DNA of 63,748 nucleotides, the filler included, from Intoshia linei (Eukaryota > Animalia > Orthonectida): NCBI GenBank assembly GCA_001642005.1. It is 5 parts of 5 records of this genome, joined end to end, with 100 filler letters (N's around TTAATTAATTAA, not from the genome) between each part and the next. Parts side by side here need not be neighbours in the genome. Positions count along the whole stretch, not along the records: positions 1 to 31,962 come from LWCA01000334.1; 4 more parts are not named here. One strand, 5' to 3'. Each line of letters starts with the position of its first letter. Within the stretch, counting starts at the first letter, position 1. Both the position numbers and the translations under genes were made by a program. The notes beneath the pieces are model-generated. The model saw only the letters and a list, made by a program, of their open reading frames with translations. It was not told the origin of the DNA and made no database searches. Of the stretch, positions 11,501 to 24,900 are shown piece after piece.

Positions 11501-13338
11501 CAAAACCCCAAATTACCCTTTTTTTAATGAAAACAGGTCTAGAATTTATAAAAATTTACAGGTGGTACAGTTTATCCTGTTAACACACACCAAAATTTTA
11601 ATCTGAATAAGTGACGCTTTCACGGTCAAAAAAACATTTTAGTATTCATATATTTTTTTTCCGAAATATTTTATTAAAACAAAAAATGTGAAATAATTAA
11701 CGGTCCAAAAATTAAAAAAGAAAATTATTCTGATATAAATTAATCCAGTTTATATAAATACAAAATTTCATCCCAGAAATCTACGCATTCCCGGTGAAAA
11801 ATAATTTTTAATATATTATCAACCAATATTTTTCAAATATTTCGAATTAAAATAAAAATGAAAATGCAAATTGATCCTACAATTTTAAAAATAAAGTGCA
11901 ATTTGTAGTCTTACACATTTCCAATTAAGAAATATGAGTGAAAATCTATATAATTCATTCCTTCGGAATTTGTTTCATTGCTACGCAATTTTTAAATCTT
12001 AAATTCTCATTTCCAAAAACTTTTGTTTAAAATTTAAACTAAAACTACAACAACGATTACTAAAAGTAATACAACTTTGTTATCATCATTTTTATATTTA
12101 TTACAATCCTTGCCAATATTAGTAAAATTCACCTGAAATATGTTTATAAAGTGCTGATTCCGTTAATTATTGATACATAATTGATAAATATATGATAATA
12201 TGTATATATATAATATAATGATAAATAATTGATAAATATATATTATCACATTGTAAAATGACAAAATAGGTTTTTATAGTTTTATTTTTTCTGAAATTTA
12301 TGCTATTTATGACAATTTTTAAGATTGGACTGTTTTTACCTTATTTTTAATATTATACACACATTCTGTCTAATAAATTAAAAAAATGGGATAACAATTG
12401 TTCTTAAAATTTCTTACGCAAATGTTAACAAACAAAAAATTAAGATGGAATAATTCACTTTAAAGTAAAAAGTAATGTGATATGACGGTTCCACCTGAAA
12501 CTAGTTTGGGAACCACTCCTTTAAATGATTGATAATAGTGAATAGTAGGATTTTAAAGTTAGATTTTCAACGTGAATTTATTTTTTTTAATAAAACAAAA
12601 ATGTGCGCTTGGTAGAGCTAGGTGTTTGTACGTAGTACATAACAGTCAACCTAGTATATTTATATATATAGTAACGTAATTGTGGGCATAATTATATCAT
12701 AATATTATTAACTATCATAAATTACCATATTTATGAAGTTATATTCGTTAGGTTCATTCTCAATCACTCGTACAATAGGTGATCTGAATTGTTTTAAAGC
12801 ATCTTTATTAGTTTTATAGCGTTTATTAATCCTATGGTGAATGTTTGGATCAATTTCGTCCATATTAATTGGTGTTGATCGTAACGGAATGGCTAAAAAA
12901 TATAAAATAATATATTATTGAGCATCATTATATAATAAGCTTTATACGTCGTTTCGTGTTCCAAATTGTTTTTTCACTAGAATCGGAGGTGTCCTCAATA
13001 GTTATTTCGGTATTTTCAACGTCATTTAAATCAATTTTTAAATTTTCAAAGTTTTTAGAAATTTTTGTATCCGCATTTACACATGAATTTTCAGTAATAA
13101 TAGACCACTCTGTTTCATCTGATACACTGGAAACACTTCTGGTGAATTCTACTTTATTGTTCGTAGGGTTAAAAATAGTATTTTTAATTTCAATTTTATT
13201 ATTTAAGTCTTCTATTTCAACACAATTTTCATTTATATGCAATGCGTCCTCGTCTACATCTTGGAGTTGGTGTTTGATTTCATCCTGAAGGTCTTTCTTG
13301 CGGTGAGATTTTTTTTGAATTTTAAAAAATTTTATCAT
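8543..13338 (-). CDS. Divergent eIF5B (IF2-family) paralog, about 610 aa, with degenerate GTPase motifs and no domain IV
   Basis: Exons 13338-12948, 12892-12726, 10691-10528, 10484-10223, 9924-9595, 9098-8967, 8929-8543; all GT-AG and in phase (1833 nt). Colinear eIF5B-like blocks: FRSPIVRVI, REFGAT, IKIPAILLL, PVSTTHGDGMGN, AIVINGEICQNDTIVV...GQIHTKV, HKEI...VALFQDEIEYFK, IGAITKEQL. Confidence 0.85.
10950..11390 (+). mobile_element. Degenerate Tc3/Tc1-like transposase fragment inside the eIF5B-like intron
   Basis: LFSNEIRFNLDDPDELSY resembles Tc3 FSDEKKFNLDGPDG; many lesions. Confidence 0.6.
11402..12654 (+). mobile_element. Full-length non-autonomous Helitron
   Basis: A|TC 5' end; 3' hairpin (TGTTTGTAC-GTA-GTACATAACA) followed by CTAG|T; no TSD; about 15 related pieces in the window. 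Confidence 0.85.
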
Positions 13339-14299
13339 TTAAAAACTAAAACTATTAAAGTTGTTAAATGAAATATTTTCAATATGGTTTAGTTTTAATA
13401 TTTTAAATTGATCAACAAGCAAATTTTTACTTTTAATAATTTCGATTAGAAATTTGTAAAGTAAATATTTATATTAAAATACATACATGTATATAAAATG
13501 TATATATGTATATTTTTAAATTAATATGGTATTTTGTTTACTTTGTATCTGCTAGGGATAAAGATTTAAGAAATTGAAAATGTTTTTGGGCGTATTTATT
13601 TAGTAAATAATGGTTAAAATAGTGACTAATATTAATAATATAATGCGAGTGCATTGCAGCTGCTAGGAAATATAGATTTAAGAAATTGAGATTAATTTGG
13701 GCGTATTTATATAGTGAATAATGGTTAAAATAATGACTAGTATTTAACAAAAGTATGTATTATGTGCAAACAAAATCTAGATCTGCCTAGAGAAGTCCAC
13801 TATCAGTTACAGTGGTGACCAAAAAAGTAATATTGCTACATTGGAATACATTGGTATAATGAAAAATTTATTAATATTGAAATATTTCATAATATACATT
13901 GTATAGTATACAATATATACCTTCCCAGCAATCTTGCAATTGATATCAGTTAGTCTAAATTAACATATAAATTTATGAATTTTTTATATATGATACATAT
14001 TCACAAGACCCGTCATAGGAAAAAAAATTTAGAAAAATAAATCGAATTTATTTGTAGATATTTAATTTTTTAATTTTTAAGATATGAAAGTCTCAACATT
14101 TTTGCAAAACAGAATATATAATTATTTATTGATATACTATATATTAAATATCAATCAAATTGCCATTACTCACTAAGACTTAACATAAATTTGAATTAAA
14201 AGATTGATAAAGTTTTCTGTCTTTTTTTTTTCATTCAGATTGATTATCTGGAGTATATGAGATATCTTTTCCCACAAGACTTTTTTCGAATAAGACTGT

Positions 14300-14720
14300 T
14301 TACCATCATAGAGTTTATTAATTATTAATTATAGACCATAAATTCTCGATATGAGATAAATCTAGGGAATAAGGGGGGGGGGGGGGGGCAATTCAAAAAC
14401 AGTATTGATTCAGACGCAAACTTCGAAAGAGTTTTCTTGCTTACATTCAATGTGGTCAATCATTGTCTTGGTGTAAAATAAATCCTGGCCGATGTTTTTC
14501 AAGTCAATAAATACATCATCAAATAATATCCCAATATATAAATCACTATTTACCGTATGGTCTAACTTCTATCAAATAATATTACCACAACATGTCAAAC
14601 ATTCCAAATCATGATCGAACCACCGGAAAATGCTCTTTTTCTGACTTTTATTACATTCCACGACATACAATTATCACGCCCATTGAAAAAAATCTGCATT
14701 CATCATAAAAGACAATTTTT
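14300..14720 (-). mobile_element. Degenerate Tc1-family transposase fragment
   Basis: Minus strand reads TVNSDLYIGIL and P..YSLDLSHIENLWSII, the SPDLNPIENLW motif. Confidence 0.65.
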
Positions 14721-15109
14721 AATGTATCAATTTTGTAACAGTAACAGAAAAAAGTAACAGACAAAATGTATACGCCTATTTTTATGTGTTTCGTTTAAAA
14801 TGAGTTTTTGACCTGCATGTTTGAAGCTTATACTATCTTTGAGAGCTCGAAAAATGGTATATTTTGATGATGTATTTTGCATACGGTGAGCCATTGATGA
14901 TGACAATCATCATGATAAATATTATATTGTATCAAAATTACTATACATAAATAAATTTTAATTTGTATTTTAAATACATTGTATTTTATATTAATTTGTG
15001 TTTTTAAAAATGTATATCTGTTTATTTATTTGATACAATTTATTTAATACAAAAATGGGCGTCGAATTTTAAGAATACTTATTTCTAATACAATTTTTCA
15101 AGGGGATGT

Positions 15110-15650
15110 TTAATCGCAAATTTGATTTTCGTAAATTGAGTTATTCTAGATCAAAAAACCCAATTATTTTTTATAAAAATTCAAATGAATTATAATGTCC
15201 TAGAATTATAAAAAATACAACATCTGTAAAAGCTTTTAAATTCATCATGATTGTGATAAATTTCAATTTCAAAATCTTATATCTTTATGGTCAAACACCA
15301 AAATTACCCTTTATTGTAAAAATAGCAAAAGTTCTAAAATTTTATGAAACATACATATGTACATTGTTTGATATGTTTTAAAACCATAAACATTATCATA
15401 AATCGCAAACCCAAAAAAGTTGATTTTCACAATGAAAACGTTAAATTACTCTTTTTTTAAAAAATGAAAATATTCCTACCATTTTAAAAAAAATACCCTT
15501 AATACAGTTATATCCAGTTAATGCACACAAAAAAAATAAATCTGACAAACTGAACTTCACGGTCAAAAAAACACTTTAGTATTTATTTTTTTATTTTAAA
15601 CTACAAAACATTTTATTAAAAGAATAATTTGAAATAATTAACGGTCTAAA
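15110..15650 (+). mobile_element. Non-autonomous Helitron, diverged internal part
   Basis: Shares CTTCACGGTCAAAAAA...TTTAGTATT and other blocks with 11402-12654. Confidence 0.6.
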
Positions 15651-15910
15651 TCAGGGGTTCCCAAAGTGGATGATATCGCCCCCAGGAGGCGATTAATTCA
15701 GTTAAGAGCGATTATAAAATCACTGTATACCCAAAAACATAACATAACAGTTAACCTAGTTATACATAAAATAAATGTAAATATGATATTTAATATGACA
15801 AGTTTCCCATTCTATAAGATTGATTATACATTGTCATTACGTAAATAAAGTAAATTAGGAAAAGATATAAAAAAATGAAATGTTTGCTTAAATATTTAAT
15901 AATAAATAAA

Positions 15911-18900
15911 TCAGGATAATTTATATACAAAAGGCTGTCTTTTTTTGAGGATAAAGTTTCTGTTACTTTCACACATTGATGAAGTAAATGCTTTGATTAA
16001 ACTAATTGACTTATTCTTTTTGGATTTTTTTTGGTCGTCCTTTCCTTTAGGTTTATCTAAAATAAATAATTAAAATGAACGAAAACACAATACATGAATA
16101 TGACATGACATGGTGATCAATATTTAACGACAAGATGGTAATAAAACACATTTCACCATTCATCAGTTATCGTCAACGAACTCTTTATGTCAGTGATTCA
16201 AATGAAATAACCTATTAAAATGTAAAAAAAAACCTAAAGTTTCATCATTCAAACTGTATTTACTATCCAACCATTTAGCATGATCAATCTTTAATTCGTT
16301 GTTAGATTCCAATGATTTATTTAGCGGTTTAAGGTTTTTGGAAAAATTGTAATTATAAGATGTAAAAATATTTAAATTAGTTTCTGAGCGATGCAGCCAT
16401 TTATTATTATCATCTTTAAAGGATTTATCAATATTTTGAAATTTTTCATTTATTAATTGAGAATTTTTATGTTTAGGTGTAAAAGCAAAATTTGTCAGTG
16501 CATTATTTGTCAATTGTCCATTTTTAAATAATTGTTTCATTTTACCATTTCTAGTTGCAAATTTATCAAATTTATTATTTTTATTTTCATTATTTTTAAT
16601 TTTTCGGTTAAATGAAATTTTCAAATGATTTTGACGAATCGGATACTTGTTTGCATATTTAGGACTGTTTACATTTGAGTATGATAAATCTTTTGGTTCA
16701 TTATTTAGTTGCATTATACTTGTTTTGCTTTTATATAGTAATTTTTCGGGTGATTCATTTTTTGAAAGTTTTATATCGTTTGATTGAGGTAATAAATATG
16801 AATAAATTTGTTTTGTATTTTTAGGTAGATAGGGGTTATTTGTGGATATTGGCGTCCCATTTGCACTGTTACTTTCGACTCTATCGATTTTTGAATCGTG
16901 GTTCCTCCAGTTGGGTAATTTCTTAATTATAATTTAAATTAGCTCATTAAATAATTGCTTAATTATTAATCTTATCATAATTATAGATATTTTTAATTTA
17001 CATTCACTTTTTAGCCATTTGAGCTGTTTTAGGGTAAGTTTTTTCTTTTTAAAACGGGTTCTAAAATCCTTAAAATTCCCCAAAATTAATGGGAAGTAAC
17101 TACACCCTTTGATGCAAAAACACGTTTTAATAAAAGTGACTATTTCATTTTGAAATCAAAATATATTACGTTTAATGTAATACTATACTAAATAGTATTT
17201 TATTAAAATTTTCAAATAAAAGAATTTTAAATTTTAAATTTAAAGTTTCGCAGATGAAAGTGTTTTATTATGCCTATTAATTTGCCTTCTATTGTATAAA
17301 ATGTCACATGGTGAAAATAACTAGAGGTTGAAAAATCAAAAAGGTGTCAATTACCTCATTATTTTTGACTATTTTATATTTCAATTTTTCTGTCGTCGAA
17401 TAAACCTCATTTAAATCTACATTTTGTGAATTATCAAGTTTTTTCTTTTTAATTGATTGTTTTGAATTTTTTCCAAATTTAGCTATCGCATTTAAAATTG
17501 CTTTGTATGTGGATTGAGGTTTATTTATAAAGTTTTGATCAGCATTCATTTTAACCTGTTTTATTTTGATTATTTTTTCTTTTTTATTAATTTTATCATC
17601 ATCTACTATCGTTCCACTCTTACTATCCAGCAACATGGCTAAATGTAAAATATTAGTTTGATTAAACGGAAATAAATCAGTCGCGATCAAATACTTCGAC
17701 TTGTTGACTGATAAACTCAAAATAACACACAAAAACATGTGATTTATTAAATAGGCTAAAAAATATTTATGTGCGTCTGGGTGCGTGTAAACATTTACTA
17801 AATTTGGAATATTTAAATTTTTCGTTATCAAAATTATACAATGTGTTAATTAATTAATTGCCACTAATTAATAATTTATAAATTTAAATGATATTAAAAA
17901 ATTACACGATAAATCTGTGGACTTGGTGACATTGATATTATTTAAAGTAGTGTGTTCCTTTTTATTAAAACTGAAGACAAAATTATCATTATTTTTAATA
18001 GATTCATTCATATGTTCCAATTTTTCATTAAGTTGTTTAATTTTAAATTTTGGACTATTATTTTCAAATTTTTGTTTTATAGATTCGACATCACCTGATT
18101 TGGGTGTAATAACAGTCAAATCTTTTTGAATTTTAGTCAATTTTGATATAATTTCTTCTTGTTTTATACTCTTTGATACAAATTTACTTGTATAGTTTTC
18201 CAATTTTTCCAATTTTGTTTTTTCTTTTAATGAATGTATTTGAACACTTTTGCTGGGTCTCTATTTTAAATTAAAAATTAATTATATTTACCTTTATAAT
18301 GTAAGATACACTAGTATGTTAAAAAGTATTTTTTTTCATACATGTAATATGTCATAAAAATTTTTATTGATACTAATATACTAGTATATTAGTCTATTTG
18401 TTTGCTTGTCGGTTTGTTTGTCTGTGTGTGTTATCGTTTATTTCAATACCTAACAGTCCTAGAATTTTAAAAAATCCACATTTCTACTACATTTTTTTTC
18501 GGGTGTAATTAAGATAAATTTCAATTTCAAAAACTTACATTTTATTGCCCAGAAGAATTGTATCAGTGATTAAAAATAAATAATGGAATACAAAATATTA
18601 GTAATTTTATATATATTTATCTAATATTTTTATTTAATTAACATAATTAATTGTATTATTTTATAGGTGCCTAAGATTTATGTCGCTCGGAATTTTGCAA
18701 TTGTAATTAAAAATACCTATATTTCATGAATTATTAAAAATTTTTGATAGTTTTTACTTTTTTAGGGTTTTTAAATATTTGTTCTTGATTGTACACTAGA
18801 TATGATATAAGAAAATGTCTTAAATCATGAACCAGGAGTATTTAAATTAATTACCATTGGGGTGCCTAAGACTTATACCGGGTACTGTAAATTTTTATGT

Positions 18901-21900
18901 AAGATTTTATTTTTTTGGTAGAATTAGAAAAGTCCGCTCTCGGTAGAGCTAAGCGTTGTTTGTAAGAAATACAAAACAGCAAAGTAGTACATTATAATAT
19001 TCAATTATAATTGTTTAATCATAATCAAATAGTTACAGTCTATGTCCTTATTAACGGAATTTTTGTTGGCAGAAATTCCATTTTAACGGACTTTTGAATT
19101 ATATATTTTTTCTTAACGAATTTGTATGAACCAAAAATTCCTTTATTAAAAATTTTATCTCTAAAGCTCTATAATCGATTTTTTTGACTATCATAAATAT
19201 AAACTAATTTTTTTTACTATTTAAAAGTCAATTTGTTACATTTTTTATCAAATTTTTAATAGATATTAAACTAGATGGCGTTAATTAGAAATAATTATTA
19301 ATTACTATCATTGTGGAAATATCATTTTTAACTTTATTTTATTTCTGTAAATAATTTAAAATTGATAAAATTTTTCATGGACCCTAAAATACTGATGTAA
19401 ACCCTTGATAATGTATATTACATGGTCTTGTATTATTCAAAAACTCATAATAACAAGAAATATGACCATTTAATGGTTTTTATTTAAAAAAATTAAATTC
19501 CGTTAACAAGGGTGTTACTATGGCAGAAATTCCATATTAACGGAATAACGGAATTTTCAATTAATAAGGACTTAGCCATTATTTATATTATACAGAATTC
19601 AATATACATTTATTATGTTAATAATAAATTTTTTTCAAAATCATCAATTTCTTGAATCTACCTATATATAGTTTACCAAATGTAGTCTACATTGTCTCAC
19701 AGATTTTATATTTACAGTAAATTATTAGTAAATGAAAATTACTGGTGTTTTATTAAATTTAACGGAACAGTTATTTTTGTTTTTATCAATGAAATTTGTA
19801 AATCTTTCTCTTTCTCTGTTATCATCTTGAAACGCATTTTTACAGTCATTTAAATTTTGTATATTCAAACGCGCTCTCATTCTATTTTTTATGCAGTCTG
19901 TAGGTATTGGTATTGCTTCACCTTGTAAAATTAAATTTGTTCCACTGTATTGTGGAACTGCTACAGGAACTTGTTTGTAAGCTAATTCAAATCCCCCTGT
20001 CGAGCAGTTTTTATCTTGTCTTCTGTCAAGCACAACTATATTGTATATTTTGAATTAAAGATTTGAAAAAAATTAATTATGTAGTATAAATTTTAGACTC
20101 TAAAACAGTGATTCCTAATTTGTCGGTATTAATCACGAGTGGGTAATTTGATATTTTTCATGGGTAATCGCAAAATTTTTTTATTTTTTTTAATTCGCAT
20201 GGACACACAGTAGGGTGTCACATTTATTTTAAAATTTACGATTGTTACTCAATAATGTTGTCATCAAATTATATATCAATACATACCCTTAATAACGTCT
20301 TCTAAAACTATTGGGCATAATTTTGCTGTTACGCTGGTGCTATACGACATGCTTGGACTTGAATTAATTTCAATCAACCATATTTTGTAGTCTTCAGATA
20401 ACATAAAATCCGCTCCATATAATTCAAATTCATTCTATATTTAAAATAGAAAAAAAATTTAAATTTATATCGAAATTGTTGTAACTTGTTATATTTTTTC
20501 ATTGCCCCCATATTTGAAATTTTTTTTAATCAACTCTAGACAATCCCTGTTATGTATCATACGATGGTTTCATTTAACCTTTAATATGAAATTTATGAGT
20601 CGATCCGTGTAATATTCGACCGAAAAATGCAAATCTGATTTTGGGAGTAGGTTCCAATCCCTAATTGTACATTATACGTATAGTAATTAGAATGTATATT
20701 ATAGATTCTACATATTAATATTTATTACTTTTTGATAATCAATGCTACATTGTGTTGATTGAATAGATTGAATTATAGTTTTTTTCATCGTTGGATAAAT
20801 TTTCTCGCTCCACAAATTTTCGACACCGATAGATCTACCGTATAATTTTTTAATTTAATTTTATTTTTAATTTGTTTGATATTGATGTTGCTAACTATTT
20901 AAATTTTAAATTAATTAATGTCTACCCCAATTAACTTGCTTTCAATATTTATATTTTTTATTAAATGTAAAAACAATTTTATTAACGATTCTCAAGGTGG
21001 TCCATGTGGACACTCCGGGTATAGGGTGGTTTAAATTAAAGATTACAAAATTATGAAAAAATTTTAATCATATTAAATTTTGGTAAGTAAACAGTCAAAA
21101 CTATTTTATTAAAAAGTAGGAATGAATGTGACGATTTAAAAAAACTCTAATCTTTTTTAGATTGTTGAGATGGAAAAAAATTAACAATAACTACTTACTG
21201 TAAATATTTTTGAAATTGCTGACGATACCACATGTTATTTTCTGGTAAATTTGGGTGTCTATTTGCATTATTTTTATATCGACTTTGTATAGCATTGTTT
21301 GTAAGATGAATAGCCTCTTCAAAATTATTTAACGTAAATTGACTCGATGAAAATCTGAGATAAGAGTATTTGTATATCCAAATAGTTAAAGGGTTCCAAT
21401 CTGTAATTAAAAACCACTGACGTATATCAAATTTTGTTCCGTATATCAATAAAGGGCGCTCTAAAAAAGTATAATTATAGCTATAAATAAAGCTGATGCA
21501 TTTTTAATTTTGATACTACATATTGTATACGGTATTAGTAATACAGTATTACTAATTTTAAAATACATAATGTATTAAAATTTTTATGTACATACCTATA
21601 TATTTTTGAATGATGTATTTAGACTCTTTTCTGCAGAGTAAATTATTATCGACTAATTTGAGAATATCGTCTAGCCGATCATAACATATTATACCTCGAC
21701 CTCTGGATTTCGCACCAGGCTTTAATATCCAAACATTTTGATACCCGTCTATAAACATTTGCTGATGCTGACGGCCATATTCTCTTACAACTGAATTTAT
21801 TTCGTCGTAATATAGACTTGCGTTTTCAATCAAAAATTTGTTGCTAGATACATGTATGTAAATTAGTCATTTTATAGTATAACTAGGACTATTATTAGAT

Positions 21901-24900
21901 TAAGATCAATATTTACATTTTCAATTTTTATTTTAATCGAAATATTAAAAATTATTTTTCACCGGGAATGCGTAGATTATATGAGTTGTAATTTTTTATA
22001 TATATCAACTGGAATAAGCTCTATCAGAAAAATCTTTTTTTTAATTTTCGGACCGTTAATTATTTCATATTTTTTGTTTTAATAAAATATTTCGGAATAT
22101 ATGAATATTAAAATGCTTTTTTGACCGTGAAGTCGTCACTTATTCGGATTGAATATACTAAAATGCTTTTTTAACCGTGAAGTCGTCACTTATTCGAATT
22201 AAAATTTTTTGAACTTCTAGGGCTGTTTTCATTAAAAAAAAAAGGTAATTTGGGGGTTTGGCCCTGAACATATAATTTTTATAAATTTAAATTTATGATA
22301 ATGTTTATGATTTTAAAATCTTTATCAGCCTATATATTTTTTTAAATTCTCCAACTTGTTTTATTTTCAAAAAAGGACAATTGGGGTTTTTGACCCGTAA
22401 GATGTGAGTTTGAGATGTTGAAATTTATCTTATTATATGTCCCGGAAAAACTGTAATTGAAATGTGGACTTTATAAAATTCTAAGACTGGTAGTTATTTC
22501 AATAAACGATAACACAAACAAATATTGCATAGTATATTATAATATGCTATGATTATATAAGTACACACACACAAAAAATATTGCGTAGCATATTATATAA
22601 GTAAGGATTTACACCCGAGATTATTACAAAATAATCGTAATCAAATTTAAATTAATTTTTATTTTAACCGTAAAGGTTGTAATTCCATGTTTCATTTTTT
22701 ACCAATAAAAGGGTCTCATGATGTTACATCCAGGGTGTATGCAGTTCACAGTGTGTAAATTATTTTGAATCATATACATAAATATAATTAATAAATTACT
22801 GGATAACATTGTAATAATTGTTAATGAATATACTCCACTGTTTATCGGACAATTTGTGATTCTAAAATATATTTAAGAGAAAATCATATTACTTACTAAT
22901 GTTTACATTTTTTGGTTGTTTAACATTTACGGTTTTGGGTACAATCCACTTTCATATACTTGTTTAAAATTATAGACAATTCGAATTTACATAAAATTTT
23001 TGATAAGCGAGGAATTAACTCAAAGGATTGAACAATTTGGATTTTACTCAAAAAGATTGATAAATTTTTAGTTTTCATAAAATAGCTGGTAAAAGAGGAT
23101 TTTAATCCCAATTATATTGTTAAATTTGGATATTTCATAAAAAGGTAGGTAAATGTTGATTTTAACCGTGAAGGTTTGTAAAATTGGATTTTAAATAATA
23201 AAAAATTGATAAAAGTGGATTTTAATCACAATTATATTGTTAAATTTGGATATTTCATAAATGGGTAGGTAAATGTTGATTTTAAATAATAAAAAATTGA
23301 TAAAAGTGGATTTTAATCACAATTATATTGTTAAATTTGGATATTTCATAAATGGGTAGGTAAAAGTTGATTTTAACCATAAAGATTTGTTACAATGGAT
23401 TTTACACCAAAAATGGTTTGTAGTTTATAAATTTGAATTGTTTTAAAGTGTTAAATTTGTACTATTAATTTTGTACTAATTAATAAAAAACCACCTAGTT
23501 TGTAATTTTATAGGTTATATTTTCGGACGAATCAATGATTTGTGTGATAGGCAACTAATATAAAAATGTGCGTACAAGATCATGCGAATCATCAAGGCCA
23601 AAATGCATCATACAAACAGTAAAATTTTTCAACAAAAGTAATGGTTTGAGGGCTATATCTTCTGTGGGAATGGGTGAATTACAGATTTGTGAAGGTATAA
23701 TGAACCAGCATACCTATAAAAATGTATTAAAAAATTTTTTTGATGAAATCACACAACGGCACATTGATCAGAAGTATATATTCTAACATGATTCCGCTCC
23801 ATGTCCCAAAGCCAAATCTGTAACTTCATATTTTCAAAATGAAGGGATTGCTGTTCTTGAATCGCTCGGAAACTCCCCAGATATAAACCCAATCGAAAAT
23901 ATTTGGGCACAATTGAAAGAAGAAGTTCATACAATTCCAATAAGATCAAAATCGGAACTGATTATTCGCCTACATACAGTATGGAACAATTCTTCTAATT
24001 TGAAAAAACTGGCAAAAGACGTATTAATAGTATGCCACGGAGAATTATGGCTCTCATACATGCTGAAGGAACTGTTACAAAATATTAATTAATTCCAATT
24101 AAACATAAATATATGTGTAACTTATATTCAAAATTTTATTTAATTTCATTTATTCATTAGTGAATTAGTAACAAAAGAATATGTAAAAAATAATTATTAT
24201 AATCTTATGATCAACACTGTATATAATTTTCATGGACCCCCAAAAAAATACTGTGGATCCAAGAGGTCCACATAAACTCCATTGAGAATGGCTGGTGTAT
24301 ATCATAGAATACACAGACGTGTGAAGTGAAATTTCTGTGTATAGTATAGAATACACAAACAGTGAAAGGGTTAAATCACAAAAATGTTTAATAATGAATC
24401 CGTCAAAAATCTGACATTTAAGGTTGATTATTGACGATTCTGACTGTACATTATGTATACATTTGAATTTTTCATATTTACAATTGAATAAACCCATTTA
24501 AATAAATTTTACAATTAAATTACATCGAATTCATCATCAATATCTTCGTTTCTGATAGATCTAAGATATCTACGACATTGTCTCATAGCCATTAATATGT
24601 ATCGACTTGATATGTACAAAATTTTTGAATTTTTAACTAAATTAAATTAAATTATTTCTAAAATTAAATCAAATCTTTGGAACCCCTATAAAAAAAATTA
24701 AACATTGAAGATAGTATTCATAAACTTGTGTTTCTTTTTTATTTTTTTTTTTCAAATATACAAATTAATAATAAGTTTTTGGTGAATAAAACATTGGTAA
24801 TAAAACTTGATTTTTTAAAAGTAAATTTGATAATTTTATTGATCTACACATTGTGTAATCGCTCCTTCAAAAAATACATTCTAATGCTGTGATTTTATAA

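Noticed and set aside
12956-13288. Hydrophobic plus-strand ORFs (also 17917, 29521, 53349, 54563, 59611, 60382)
   Set aside because: Antisense shadows of Lys/Asn/Glu-rich minus-strand coding sequence.
23096-23400. Possible CRISPR-like array
   Set aside because: No unique spacers, eukaryotic context and no cas genes; it is a tandem repeat.
24165-24497. 110-aa ORF in the TTLL region
   Set aside because: Lies in an intron over a hAT-like fragment; the TTLL frame splices from about 24524 to 22860.
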